A DNA stretch of 63,191 bases, filler included, from Reclinomonas americana ATCC 50394 (lineage: Eukaryota), in assembly GCA_048213135.1 (NCBI GenBank). It is 11 parts of 4 records of this genome, joined end to end, with 100 filler letters (N's around TTAATTAATTAA, not from the genome) between each part and the next. Parts side by side here need not be neighbours in the genome. Positions count along the whole stretch, not along the records: positions 23,504 to 43,907 come from PS015665.1; 10 more parts are not named here. One strand, 5' to 3'. Within the stretch, counting starts at the first letter, position 1. The number at the start of each line of letters is the position of its first letter. A program made the position numbers and the translations under genes. Below are positions 27,525-41,000 of the stretch, piece by piece. Under the pieces are notes generated by a model. That model did no database searches. It saw only the letters and a list, made by a program, of their open reading frames with translations, and was not told the DNA's origin.

Positions 27525-30500
27525 CAAGATTGTTGGCATCCATCTTGCTTGTATCCGAGTGACCGCACGCCTCCACGCACACATCGAGCAACCAGAGCAG
27601 CAAGTTTTGCGGCACAATCTCCATTCTCTCCAACACCTGCGAGACCTTTTCCTCATCGTTGACATCCATTCCTGCAACACAGACGGCACTGTCAGCGCAA
27701 TTGCCGACATATCACACAGACCACGACCCACGCAACTTTCCAGATCGTGCTCCGACAGCGGCAGCAGGTTGCCGGGCAGTTCTCGGAAAAACACCTGCAC
27801 ATTTTTTGTGAGAGCGCGAAGCGGGGAGGTAAGACGGCACGTGGGATGACCTTGATCAGGTTCGCGGCGATAAACACGGTCGAGCACATGATTTGGGGCG
27901 AGCCCGAATTGAGCTGCCACAAAGAAAGGGAGCAAGATTAGGCCACGTCGACGGGGAATGATCATCACTCACTTACTGACCTGCTCCTTGACGCGTGCCA
28001 GTTCAGAGTCGGAGCCGATACGGAAGATGCCTTCCGTGGCGAAGCCGTTGTTCTCCGCCAGGAAGTTGTAGAGCTGCATCAGGACACGAGGCACGCGGAT
28101 GCCATCTGTGCGAAGGGAAAGAAAGGGGGGTGGTAAGAAGGGGGAAGGGGGAAGGGAGGAGAAGGGGAGGGGAGCGAAGGGGACGGAGTGAAGGGGAGGG
28201 ACGGGGAGGGAAGGGGAGGGGACAGAAGAGGAGGGGAGAAAGGAGAGGTGGAAGAGGGGGAGAGAAGAGAAGTAGAGAGAAGAGAAGGAGAGGGGAGGGA
28301 AGGAGAGGGGAGGGAAGGAGAGTGAAGGGGAGAGAACAGGAGGGAGAGAAGAGGAGGGGAGAGAAGGGGAGGAGGGGAGAGAAGAATCGGGGAGAGAAAG
28401 AGAGGGGAGAGAAGGAGAGGTGGAAGAAGGAGAGAGGAGAGAAGGAGAGGGCGGAAATGGAGATTGGAGAAGGAGAGGGGAAAGAACGACAGGGGAGATA
28501 AAGAGAGGAGAGGCAAGGAGAGAGGAGATAAAGAGAGGGGAGAGAAGGAGAGAGGAGAGACAAGGACAGCGGAGATGGAGAGCGAAAGAAGGAGAGGAGA
28601 AAAGGAGAGATGGAAGTAGGAGAGCGCAAGACGGAGAGGTGGAAGAAGGAGAGGAGAAAAGGAGAGATGGAAGATGGAGAGCGAAAGACGGAGAGATGGA
28701 AGGACAAGGGAGAGACAAAGAAAGAGAGAGAATGAAAGAGAGAAGCAACCAAGTATGACAGGACACAACGTAGCAGCAGGACAAGATCAGAAAGCATTCG
28801 ACAATACGACTCTCATCACGCGTGACTATGAAATGCCATGACTTATGCATTGGAGATATTGGAGGAGTGCAGCAAGAAAGTGGAAGAAAAAAGAAATGAA
28901 GACGAGCGGCGGGACAGAAGGAACGTGGACGGACGAGATTGAAGCGACATTCAGAAAGGACGGTGAGAAGCAACTCGCTCTCACTCACTGCGAAAAGTCG
29001 TCGCTGCACTGCCATATCCTCTGCTCGATGACGGTGCTTGAGTATCTCTCTCTCACTCGAGGAGAAACTGTCACTGCTGTTTTTCACTCTGCTCCACGTG
29101 CGATACATCGCAGCACTCTCCTTTCCCCTCTCCTCTCCCATCCCCTGTCCCCTCTCCCATCCCCTCTCCTATCCCCTCTCCCATCCCCTCACCCATCTCC
29201 TCTCCTCTCCCCTCTCCTTTCCCCTCTCCCATCCCCTCTCCTATCCCCACCCCCTTGCCCTTTTTTTTTTTTGCTATCGCCCACCTCTCCACCCCTCCAT
29301 ATCCAGCAAATGCGGCATCACACCAAACACGCTTGTTACCGTGTCGACGCTGAAGCAGATGAAATACCGCGCACCACCTGCTCCAGCAAAAAAACAGGTC
29401 AGTCATCAACTCCCCACCCCCGCTCCTCTTCCCTGCCTCTCACCTTGCACCTCCACCACCAGCACATCACGCGCACGCAAGCCACTCTTCATCACCGTCA
29501 TGTCCACCGATATCTTGACCGACTGCCCCTTGCGCACCTCGCCCGACGTTGGCGACACCTCCACGCGCAGCAGATCCGTACCGACAGCGTCCGACGACGA
29601 CGGCGTCACTGTGAATCGCACTGGCGTGGAGCTCTTGCTCTTCAACACCACCTCGTCGTGCACGGCCTCGCCCAGCGGGCACGAGGTGCCACGCAAGCCG
29701 AAATCCAGCACGAATTTGGAGACCTTTGTGAAGAAAAAAGGGATGAGAACTATAACGGCGAGTGGGGGAAGTGAGTGATAAAACGCAACTTTGAGAGCTG
29801 GTCTGACGGTGGTCGGCTTGGGATCCTTCTTTTCCTTGGTGCCGAAGATCTTCTTGCCCAGTTTGGCAAAGGCGCCCACGTGGTGGTGGTACACGGGAAC
29901 TGGATATGGAGAGAGAGGGCAGAAGAGGGAGAGGGAGCAAGGGTGAGGGTGAGGGAGAAGCGAAGGGGAAAGAGCAAAGGTGAAAGAGCAACGGGGAAAG
30001 AGCAAAAGGGGAAGAGCGAAGGGGGAAAGCGAAGGGGGAAAGCAAAGGGGGAAGCAAAGGGGGAAGNNNNNNNNNNNNNNNNNNNNNNNNNNNNNNNNNN
30101 NNNNNNNNNNNNNNNNNNNNNNNNNNNNNNNNNNNNNNNNNNNNNNNNNNNNNNNNNNNNNNNNNNNNNNNNNNNNNNNNNNNNNNNNNNNNNNNNNNNN
30201 NNNNNNNNNNNNNNNNNNNNNNNNNNNNNNNNNNNNNNNNNNNNNNNNNNNNNNNNNNNNNNNNNNNNNNNNNNNNNNNNNNNNNNNNNNNNNNNNNNNN
30301 NNNNNNNNNNNNNNNNNNNNNNNNNNNNNNNNNNNNNNNNNNNNNNNNNNNNNNNNNNNNNNNNNNNNNNNNNNNNNNNNNNNNNNNNNNNNNNNNNNNN
30401 NNNNNNNNNNNNNNNNNNNNNNNNNNNNNNNNNNNNNNNNNNNNNNNNNNNNNNNNNNNNNNNNNNNNNNNNNNNNNNNNNNNNNNNNNNNNNNNNNNNN

Positions 30501-33500
30501 NNNNNNNNNNNNNNNNNNNNNNNNNNNNNNNNNNNNNNNNNNNNNNNNNNNNNNNNNNNNNNNNNNNNNNNNNNNNNNNNNNNNNNNNNNNNNNNNNNNN
30601 NNNNNNNNNNNNNNNNNNNNNNNNNNNNNNNGGAAGCAAAGGGGGGGAAGCAAAGGGGGGGAAGCAAAGGGGGGGAAGCAAAGGGGGGAAGCAAAGGGGG
30701 GAAGCAAAGGGGGGAAGCAAAGGGGGAAGAACGAAGGGGGAAGAACGAAGGGGGAAGAACGAAGGGGGAAGAACGAAGGGGGAAGAACGAAGGGGGAAGA
30801 ACGAAGGGGGAAGAACGAAGGGGGAAGAACGAAGGGGGAAGAACGAAGGGGGAAGAACGAAGGGGGAAAGCGAAGGGGGAAAGCGAAGGGGGAAAGCGAA
30901 GGGGGAAAGCGAAGGGGGAAAGCGAAGGGGGAAAGCGAAGGGGGAAAGCGAAGGGGGAAAGCGAAGGGGGAAAGCGAAGGGGGAAAGCGATGGGGAAGAC
31001 GGAAGGATAGAGTATGAGTCTCTCTCTCTCTTTCGCTAGGTAAAGAGAAACGTGAGCAAACATCGACGTATTTCTCTGAAACGCGTTTCCTGTCCTACAG
31101 CAAGACTTGAAGAAGTAAGCAAAACAGATTGGACGCGAAGATGAGAAGCGAAAATCGAAGAGAGGGTCCCTTGTTGCCTCTTATCCACACGGCCTTCCCC
31201 TCCGTCCCTCCGCCTCCCCCATCACCTTCTCCAGCATCATCTATTCATCGCAATCCCTCTCCTCTCACACACCTTCCCCTCCCTTCCACATTTACCCTCC
31301 CCTATCCCTTCCACCTCTACTACCCCCCCTTTCCCCCCTTCGCCTCACCTCCCGTGTACATGTGCAGCGCACTGTCCTGATACCGCGTCAACTCCTCGGC
31401 CGACGAATCAAAGAGGAATCGCGACAAATTGACGAGGTTACCGGTGGCGCCGTGCAGCACATCCGTCTTGTAACATCTGCAGGCAGCAAATGCGTTAAGA
31501 GCGCTTGTCTTTCCGCAGCGAAGCGCAAGAGATAAACGCCACCTCACAAACAGATCCAGCACCGAGGGATTCAGCGGACCGCCCGCTCGATCCTTCCATT
31601 CGGCATTGGCGACCTCCTCCGAGAGCGGCAGCGGTGGGTCCGGGAACATGCTCTGCAAGTCCTCCGGCGCAAAGCCGAGAGCCTCGTCCTTGAACACGAA
31701 TACGGTTGTCTCGTCGGCATCCAACTCCGAGGCAGCACTGGCTGCGAGGGTGGGAGATGAACATGGTAAGTGAGACAAATAAGGAGAGGGAGAGGGAAAA
31801 GGCAGGAGAGGGAGGAGAGGGAGGAGAGGGAGAAGAGGGAGAAGAGGGAGAAGAGGGAGTAGAGGGAGGAGAGGGAACGAGATGGGTTGCAAGGAATAGA
31901 TGATGTGTGAGAGGACAGACAGAGAGAGACAGGGCAACGGAGAGAGAGCCCGAGGGAACGTGGAAGGAAACAAAGGCAGCTGATTGAAAGGTCGTGCCAA
32001 CGGTTGTGAGGGGAGGAGAGGGAGGAGAGGAAGGAGAGGAAGGAGAGGGCGGAGAGGAAGGGGAAGAGGAAGAGGAAGAGGAAAAGGCAGAGACAGAGGA
32101 AGAGGCAGAGGAAGAAGACGAGGAAGAAGACGAGGAAGAAGACGAGGAAAAGGAAGAGGAAGAAGACGAGGAAGAAGACGAGGAAGAAGACGAGGATGAG
32201 GTATGGATGAGGAAGAGGAAGGGGGAGAAGAAGAGAGATATGACTGGTGCGTGGCAGACGGATGGAGAGACTGAAATGCGCAACAGAAGGAATGAGAAAG
32301 AGAGGGCCAAGATGAAACGGAGGAGGCGACGCGTGATTTGAGAAGAGAGAAATACAGAACGAAGGAGATTGGGAAGAGCAGACTGGAAACCAGGAAGCCA
32401 GAAACAGCAAGGTCTGTGTGCGTCAGAGAGACAAACTCCACCTGCTGACGAAGAGGAGCCCGCCAACCGCGGTCCCAGCACAATCTCCTCTGGCTCAAAC
32501 ACAAACGGCAGGGCGTCGGCCACACTCAGATCTGCCAGCGGATGCGGCTGAGGGACGACAAAATTCGGGCTTCGTAACCGGCTGCGGAAGGAAGAAAAAG
32601 TTGATTGAGGAGGCAGGAGGATGAGCATCTTGGCAGAGTCTGTGCGCGTGCACACGAACCCCGAAGCTCGCCTCTCGCGCAGCAACGATTGCTGTAGCCG
32701 CGAATGTGCAGTTGCCGGGGACGGTGAGGCGCCGGCAGAGGACGACGCCGCCAGCGCGGAGGAAGCAGCAGCAGGAGGAACAGCAGGAGCCGGTGACTGC
32801 ACAACCGTGCTGGCGCCATCGGTCGACGACTGCGAGGGTGTCGGCGATGGCGAGGCGGCAGAGGGGGGATGCGGCGGAGGCAGCGTCGTGGGTCGGCGCG
32901 GCAGATCGCGCAAGCCGACGGGCGGGGGTGGAGGTGGTGTCGACGGGGGTGGTGGGGTGGCGAAAATGAGTGAGGCGTCGAGAGACATGCGACGGAAGTG
33001 CATGGCGGCTTCGCCGGCGTCGTAGGGCACCACACCTTCGGTGAATACTTGGGCTGCGAGTGAGGGGAAGGGGGGAGATTAGAGGAAGGGGAGGAGACGG
33101 AAAAGGGGGCAAAAGGGAGAAGGGAGAGGGAGAGGGAGAGGGAGAGGGAGAGGGGGAGAGAGAGAAGGAGAGGATAGGAGAGGAGAGGGAGAGGGAGAGG
33201 GAGAGAGAGGGGAGAGGGAGAGAGGACAATGCATCCATTAGGCAAGGATGTGGGCGGGAAGGAAAACAGCATCGCGAGAAGAATGAGAAGAACGAATGGA
33301 TAAGAGCGGAATTGATGTGGAGGCAACCGAAGTAATCGGTTCATCATAGGCAGAAAGAGCAAGGCTTCGAGAAGAGAATCAACGAGATGAGAGCGAGGGT
33401 GAAGGAGGTGAGAGGATGGAGGGTACGAGGCATGTACGAGGCAGAAGAAGTCAGGCTTCTGCTCACGCATTGCTTTCCTCACTCGTTGCGTCTTTGTTTC

Positions 33501-35048
33501 GGTCTGCTATCACCATTGTGTGTTCCATCCAATGTCGCACACTCGTCGCCATTCACACTCGCTTGTCTCTCGTCTCTCGTTCTGTCGCTTCCCGAGTCTC
33601 GTTCTCTCAAACCCTTGATTCTCTCTCTCCCTGTCTCTCATTCATTCTGAGTCTCACTCTCTCTGACTGTTTGTCGCTCACACGCTCTGTTTCTCCCTCT
33701 CTCTCACTCACTCACTCTCCCGTTCTCAAAGACTCGCCTTCTACCGCTCAGCCTCTCAACTACGCATCCTTCTTCTGGTTCTCTCTCTCTCTCTCTCNNN
33801 NNNNNNNNNNNNNNNNNNNNNNNNNNNNNNNNNNNNNNNNNNNNNNNNNNNNNNNNNNNNNNNNNNNNNNNNNNNNNNNNNNNNNNNNNNNNNNNNNNNN
33901 NNNNNNNNNNNNNNNNNNNNNNNNNNNNNNNNNNNNNNNNNNNNNNNNNNNNNNNNNNNNNNNNNNNNNNNNNNNNNNNNNNNNNNNNNNNNNNNNNNNN
34001 NNNNNNNNNNNNNNNNNNNNNNNNNNNNNNNNNNNNNNNNNNNNNNNNNNNNNNNNNNNNNNNNNNNNNNNNNNNNNNNNNNNNNNNNNNNNNNNNNNNN
34101 NNNNNNNNNNNNNNNNNNNNNNNNNNNNNNNNNNNNNNNNNNNNNNNNNNNNNNNNNNNNNNNNNNNNNNNNNNNNNNNNNNNNNNNNNNNNNNNNNNNN
34201 NNNNNNNNNNNNNNNNNNNNNNNNNNNNNNNNNNNNNNNNNNNNNNNNNNNNNNNNNNNNNNNNNNNNNNNNNNNNNNNNNNNNNNNNNNNNNNNNNNNN
34301 NNNNNNNNNNNNNNNNNNNNNNNNNNNNNNNNNNNNNNNNNNNNNNNNNNNNNNNNNNNNNNNNNNNNNNNNNNNNNNNNNNNNNNNNNNNNCCCTTCCT
34401 CCAATCCGCAACTATGTCGGTTCGGATGCGACGCCACCGCCGGCCTCTCCGCCGCCACCGGAACCAGCGCAGGCAATCCATCAATCGACTGAATGCGACG
34501 CGCCCAGCTCGCCGACTGCTCCGACGCAGGAGACTCTACACAAGCACAAGAGAGAGAGAGACAAGTAGTCAATAAAGGAGCTCAAACACTCTTTCTCTCT
34601 CTCACACACACATGCACACACAAGAGACACAAGCTGTCAAGCAAGCAGTTCAACTTCTTTCTCTACCGCCTTGCCTTCCTTCCTTCCTTCTCTATCTCGC
34701 TCTCTCTCCCTCCTCTCTCTCTCTCTCTCAGACAAGTTGTCAATCAAGCAATTCAACCTCTTTCCCTCCCCTTTTTCCCCGCTTTTCCCCCCTCTCTCTC
34801 CGCCTCGTCTCACCTGGAGGCGCCAGCTCCTCTCCCGCCATTGCACCCAGCGGCAACGGTGACGGCGTTTCCGGTTCCATCACGTCTAATCTCTCACCAC
34901 CTTGCTCTTCCACCTCTTCTTCTTCTTGTGCTTGTCCTTGTTCTTGCGTTTCTCCTTCTGCCCTCTGCTCCTCCTCCTCTTGTGCCTGGGCGACTGGGAG
35001 CTCCTCCTCCGCCACGAGTGGCGTGTCTGCAAGGTCGTGGTCGGACAT
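27525..35048 (-). CDS. RhoGAP protein with acidic/Pro-rich N-terminus and an Ig-like (ASH/MSP-like) domain; 3' end lost in gap 27011-27470
   Basis: ATG 35048 MSDHDLAD. Exons lead to the beta-rich LDFG...EVVLKSKSSTPVRFTV...VSPTSGEVRKGQSVKISV, then VFGV, VPRVL..LYNFL....FATEGIFRIGS (arginine finger), AANLIK|VFFRELP and LLLWLLD....SKMDANNL. Confidence 0.82.
30632..30990 (+). repeat. Compound G/A-rich tandem array: (GAAGCAAAGGGGG)n, (GAAGAACGAAGGGG)-like and (AAAGCGAAGGGGG)n, intronic
   Basis: Directly visible; the array continues on the other side of the gap near 29990-30066. Confidence 0.92.
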
Positions 35049-36303
35049 TTCGCAAGCAAGAAAAAACACGCGCTGTTCTTGTTGTTGATGGTGCGCCGGG
35101 GAGGGGTGGTGGTCGGTGGAGTGCACTAGTGGAGGTGAGCGCGTGCGCGATGCCGAATTGCGTGACGAGTTTTGAGTGGCGTGACACAGGACGTGTGTGA
35201 TGGTTGCGAAGTTTGGTCGGTACGAGCGAGTTCATGCTCAAGGGAGGGAAAGAGATGAAAAGAGAAAACACAAGAAAACGGACAGGAGACCACAGTGTGC
35301 CTCTTGTCGGGCAGGAGGCCAGGGTGGCGGCCTCCCTCCTTACAGGTTGGCGTCGTAAATGTCGTCTGTGAAGCATGCAGCAAGTCAGCATCGCAGTCTC
35401 ATGAGACAGACAGCTCCCTCTCGTCAAAGATACTCGTATGATAAGACACACCTCGCTGTACGAAAAATAAAGGGACGTTCTCAAATGTGACTCCAAAGCG
35501 CTCTCTCCACACTCCTTGCTCTCAGTCGAGAAAAGTGCTTCTTCGAAGGGACACTTCCTTCTCCCAACCTCTTTCTCTGCCAAGAACGATCGATCTTTCT
35601 CCCAAACTCGCTCTCGGTCAAGAACAACGATCTTTATCACTGTGCTCTCCACGGCTCGCTCGACAACGCACACAGCTCGCTCTTGTCGAGGACAGGGGAG
35701 CTGCTTCCCAGACGCGACACGCTACCATCAAGAACAGCACCTCTCAAAACAGACTGCTCTCTCCACGTCAAGAATAGTTCCTTCCTGAATGTGATAAAAG
35801 CTGCCTTTTCCACAGCTCGCTCGCCAAGAACGGCACCCTCTCGCACGCCGAGGCAGACACACTTCTCTCAATACAGATAGCTTCTTCCACTTCGTGCTAC
35901 AAGCTGCCACTCTACAGCTCGTCAAGAACGACACCAATCTCGCACGACGAGACAGACACATTCCTCCTCTTCGTGCCACACGCTGCCTTTACCACATCGC
36001 TCGTCAACAGCTGTACCCTCTCGCACGACGAGACAGACTGCTCTCTCCACACCTCTCTCGGTCATGGATAGCAACTTTACAAACAGCCTTCTCGGTCAAC
36101 GAAAAGCGTCCTCTTGTCAAGGACTGCCTCCTCTACTTCAACAACAACAACCTCCCACACCGCGCTCTCGGCGAAAGGAAGCTACTCACAAGCAGCCTCC
36201 TTCAAAGCTCGACCCTTCTCAGCCGTCTCACTCTCACCGAGTCTCACGTGGCCAGCGTAGCTCTCAACGGACCTCTGCATCGCTTATCCTTATCCACTGT
36301 CAC

Positions 36304-37344
36304 TCAAGCAAGTGAAGTCATCTTCTCGATCACAGCGTCTATTCTTGCTGACAAGTCTCCACAGCCGTCTCGTTCTCTCATCCTTTCCCTCCTCCCTTCC
36401 CCCTTTACCCACGCAACAGTGCGACTGCGCCATGCCCAACCGCGAGTACGTGCGCTTGGCCACCTGCTCGAAATCAGCAATCACTCCTCCTTTCCTCCTC
36501 CTTCCCCTCTCCACAAACCTCATTGCCGCGATCCACCAACAGACGCAGCGACACGGCTCCACTCGCCCGCGCCTCCTTCTCAATGTGTCGGTACAGAGTA
36601 CCAAACACGCCCATGCGGCGGAACGGTTTGGCCACGAACACACTCTGAATCCTGATCGACATGACCCCGAATGGCAAGTCAGCTCCCGAAACACTACACA
36701 ACAGAAGACGACAGCTCACTCGCTCACTCACCAGATGTGGTTCGAGTTGCGCCAGTCGTCCCACTCAAACCTACACAAGCAAAAGAGGCGGGAATAAGTG
36801 TCAGCACAATCAGTCTTTCTCTCACACAGACACACAAGCAGTGACGCAACGTGGTCATGGTACACCCGGCAATTGACTCTATTGTAAGGAGTCGCGAGGA
36901 ACGCCACAGAGTGTGAGAAAAAAACAAAACAAGGTGATCACGTGATGTGCATCTCCCCACGCAAACAAAAAAAGTCTCATCTCGACTCACCTCCCACGCA
37001 AGCAACGTAGTAGACGCCACGAATGGGGTTGTTGAGCAGATTGCGAATGCCCTTTTCCACCGTCTCTGCGCACCACGAAGAAAGAGCGAGTGTGAGAAGA
37101 AAAAAAGAGAATCTTCGCATCTCTCCCCTTCTTCGTCTCTCGCGCACTCACCCTGCGACAGCACCGAGCCCTCACTCTCCATGGCGTTCTCCACCTGGAA
37201 GGCGGCGATCGTGGGGATGTCGTCCTCGGTGGCGGCGCGCACCGTCACCATCTCACGCATCTCGACCACAACAGGCACAGTGGCAGGCGCAGGGGCGGTG
37301 GCAGTGGCGCCATCCACTAACATCATCATCTCACGGTCTTCCAT
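36304..37344 (-). CDS. GNAT-family N-acetyltransferase (EWSDWRN-type), about 7 exons
   Basis: Spliced VRAATEDDIPTIAAFQVENAMESEG..|TVEKGIRNLL..YYVA, CTMTT|FEWDDWRNSNHIW|IQSVFVAKPFRRMGVFGTLY...LRLLVDRGNE|VAKRTYSRLGMAQSH|YAVIEKM. Confidence 0.85.
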
Positions 37345-38027
37345 GGCTCAAATCGGTGGTGGGGGGGTTGGGGAGTGCGAAAGGACACGAACGGAATCGT
37401 TGCGACGGGAGTGACAAAACCACAGCTGCGCATGGAGAGGGAAGAAGGGGTGGGGTGAGAGAGGGAGAGAGGCGTGATGAAGGGGGCGAGAGAAAAGGAG
37501 AGCGACGAAACCTATGCGCGGTAAGAGGGGAGAAAATGGGGTGAATCGGTCAACTGGAGCGGACCGTGGAAATGATGCGCCATGAACAACACCAAGCGAG
37601 CAGCTGGCTTGATAAGGAGAGGATCGCAGCAGAACAGCAAAGCATCTACTCCAAGCATCAGTCTTGAAGGCAGCGCTTTGAGTTTTCTCGCCATTTCAAA
37701 TTGTGCGCTTTTTTCGCGCGCTCTCGGAGCTTCAAACAAGTCGAGGACTGGGATCGTGCACATCCCACACAGACATTGCGCTTGCTGAAAGCACTTCCGA
37801 GGTGCAGCAGCACAAGGGATCATCTTTTGTTCGAATTTATGTTCGATTTATAGTCACTCTCGTGCTCTGTGCGCGCGTCAAGTCGACACCAGTGGAGAGC
37901 TGCACACAGCGCCTCTTCGTGCATGTGCGTGCGCGCACCACGCTCGCCGCTTGTCTTGTCTCACATTTCCACTGTTCTGCGTGGGTGAACGGACAGTTGC
38001 AACGGTTGAGATTGTTTTGCGCGGGAT

Positions 38028-41000
38028 ATGAGCAAGAGGCGAGAGAGGGATCGAGGTGGTGATGGAGGCGGGGAGTCGTCTGCGCCTGCGGCGCCTGCGA
38101 AGAAGGATTTGTGGGCGTTGTTGGAGGAGTCGAAGAATATTGAAGGTGGGAGAGATGAGGGAGAGGAGAGGAGGAGAGGAGAGGGAGGGGAGAGGAGAGA
38201 GGGAGAGGTGGATAGAGAGAGAGAAGGGGAGGAGAAGAAAGGAATGGGCAAGTGTCGGTTGACATTGATTGATTGACTCTCTCTCTTCCTCTGCCTCTGT
38301 CTCTGTCTCTATCACTCCCTGTCTCACTGCATCTTTCTCCTCAACTCCCCCCTTCTCTGACTCTGCCTCTTCTTCTTCTTCTTCTTCTTCTTCTTCTTCT
38401 TCTTCTTCTTCTTCTTCTTCTTCNNNNNNNNNNNNNNNNNNNNNNNNNNNNNNNNNNNNNNNNNNNNNNNNNNNNNNNNNNNNNNNATGAGCCCGCTATC
38501 CCCAACCCTCCTTCTCAGACTCTGTCTCTTCATTCTCTCTCATGCGCCTTTTCACGCCTTCGCTTTCTTTTTTCTTTCTGTCTCCCTCCCTCCCAACACT
38601 TCCCTCTTGCTTCTCACTATGCCGTTGCCGTTCGTAAGCTCCTTCATTCTCAAACTCTGCCTCATCTTGTCTCTCCCTTGCCGTTCTCACGCCTCCCTTG
38701 ACCTCTTCCTTTCTCGCCTTGCCTGTCTTTGTCTCTCCGTATCCCTTTCATTCTGCCCTATCTCTCTCTCTCTCTCTCTCTCTCTCAAAACCTTCCTTCG
38801 TGCATCTCCCTTTTACCGTTCGTAAGCTCCATCATTCTCAGATCTCATCTTGTCTCTCTGCCTTCCGGTTCTCACGCCTCACTTGCATCGATCTCCGCAG
38901 CCCGTTCCCTCTTCCTTTCCCGAATTGCCTGCTTTGTCTCTCAGTTTCCCTTTCATTCTGCCGTGTCTTTTGAACCTTCTCATCTTGCCTCCCTCTTCCC
39001 TCTGCCCCGTCGATTCTTCACAGACGCTGCCTGCCTTTGTCTCTCTGTCTCTCAATGTTTCTTTCTTTCTTTCTTTCTCTCTCTCTCTGTGATTATTTGA
39101 CTCCTTACCCGTCGTTTCCACAGGCACACTGGCAGTGGAACCACAGATCGACACCCACGTGCTGGTGGTGGGCAGCAGGCAAGCGGGCAAGTCGACACTG
39201 NNNNNNNNNNNNNNNNNNNNNNNNNNNNNNNNNNNNNNNNNNNNNNNNNNNNNNNNNNNNNNNNNNNNNNNNNNNNNNNNNNNNNNNNNNNNNNNNNNNN
39301 NNNNNNNNNNNNNNNNNNNNNNNNNNNNNNNNNNNNNNNNNNNNNNNNNNNNNNNNNNNNNNNNNNNNNNNNNNNNNNNNNNNNNNNNNNNNNNNNNNNN
39401 NNNNNNNNNNNNNNNNNNNNNNNNNNNNNNNNNNNNNNNNNNNNNNNNNNNNNNNNNNNNNNNNNNNNNNNNNNNNNNNNNNNNNNNNNNNNNNNNNNNN
39501 NNNNNNNNNNNNNNNNNNNNNNNNNNNNNNNNNNNNNNNNNNNNNNNNNNNNNNNNNNNNNNNNNNNNNNNNNNNNNNNNNNNNNNNNNNNNNNNNNNNN
39601 NNNNNNNNNNNNNNNNNNNNNNNNNNNNNNNNNNNNNNNNNNNNNNNNNNNNNNNNNNNNNNNNNNNNNNNNNNNNNNNNNNNNNNNNNNNNNNNNNNNN
39701 NNNNNNNNNNNNNNNNNNNNNNNNNNNNNNNNNNNNNNNNNNNNNNNNNNNNNNNNNNNNNNNNNNNNNNNNNNNNNNNNNNNNNNNNNNNNNNNNNNNN
39801 NNNNNNNNNNNNNNNNNNNNNNNNNNNNNNNNNNNNNNNNNNNNNNNNNNNNNNNNNNNNNNNNNNNNNNNNNNNNNNNNNNNNNNNNNNNNNNNNNNNN
39901 NNNNNNNNNNNNNNNNNNNNNNNNNNNNNNNNNNNNNNNNNNNNNNNNNNNNNNNNNNNNNNNNNNNNNNNNNNNNNNNNNNNNNNNNNNNNNNNNNNNN
40001 NNNNNNNNNNNNNNNNNNNNNNNNNNNNNNNNNNNNNNNNNNNNNNNNNNNNNNNNNNNNNNNNNNNNNNNNNNNNNNNNNNNNNNNNNNNNNNNNNNNN
40101 NNNNNNNNNNNNNNNNNNATTGATCGGTTCATTCGCAAGGAGAGCAAGAAGGAGGAGGCAATTCCCACCAACGGACTCAAGTACACGTTGCGTGGATGCG
40201 TGAGAAAGAGGGGGGCAGGATGAAGAGATGGAAGGAAGGATGAGGGAAACCTTCCTTCTCTTGTCGTCGCTGTGCTCCTCCTCCTCCTCCTGTCGTCGTC
40301 GCTGTGCTCCTCCTGTCGTCGTCGCTGTGCTCCTCCTCCTCCTGTCGTCGTCGCTGTGCTCCTCCTCCTCCTGTCGTCGTCGCTGTGCTCCTCCTCCTCC
40401 TTTCGTCGTCGCTGTGCTCCTCCTGTCGTCGTCGCTGTGCTCCTCCTCCTCCTGTCGTCGTCGCTGTGCTCCTCCTGTCGTCGTCGCTGTGCTCCTCCTG
40501 TCGTCGTCGCTGTGCTCCTCCTGTCGTCGCTGTGGTGGTATCCGTCTCCTTGCTCATGCTACTACTCTCGCACAGATACGGTCGCAAGGAGAGCGGCACC
40601 GCGCTGCGCATGGGACACTTTTGGGAGATTGGTGTGTCACGCCCTCTCGCCTGCGTCGAGCCCCTCTTTGTTTATTCACGCAACTCTCCCTCGTGCCATC
40701 AGGCGGCGGCGACAGTCTGGTGGAACTCGTGGACGTGGTGATCACACCGGAAAACGTGGAGAATTTCGTCGGCGTCATTGTGCTCGACTTGTCGCAGCCG
40801 CCGACTGTGATGCGCACGCTGCTAATGTGGATCAATCGCATCCGTGCACGCGCCACCGAGTGCGTGGAGCGGGCGTCGGCCACTGACGGCCAACTGGGAC
40901 AGCGACTGGTCACCAAGATGATGTCGTGGTTGAGCGGCAATCCCGATCTGTTGAGTCTGTGGTCCCTCGATTGCTATTGGTGCTGCTGCTTGTTCTCATG

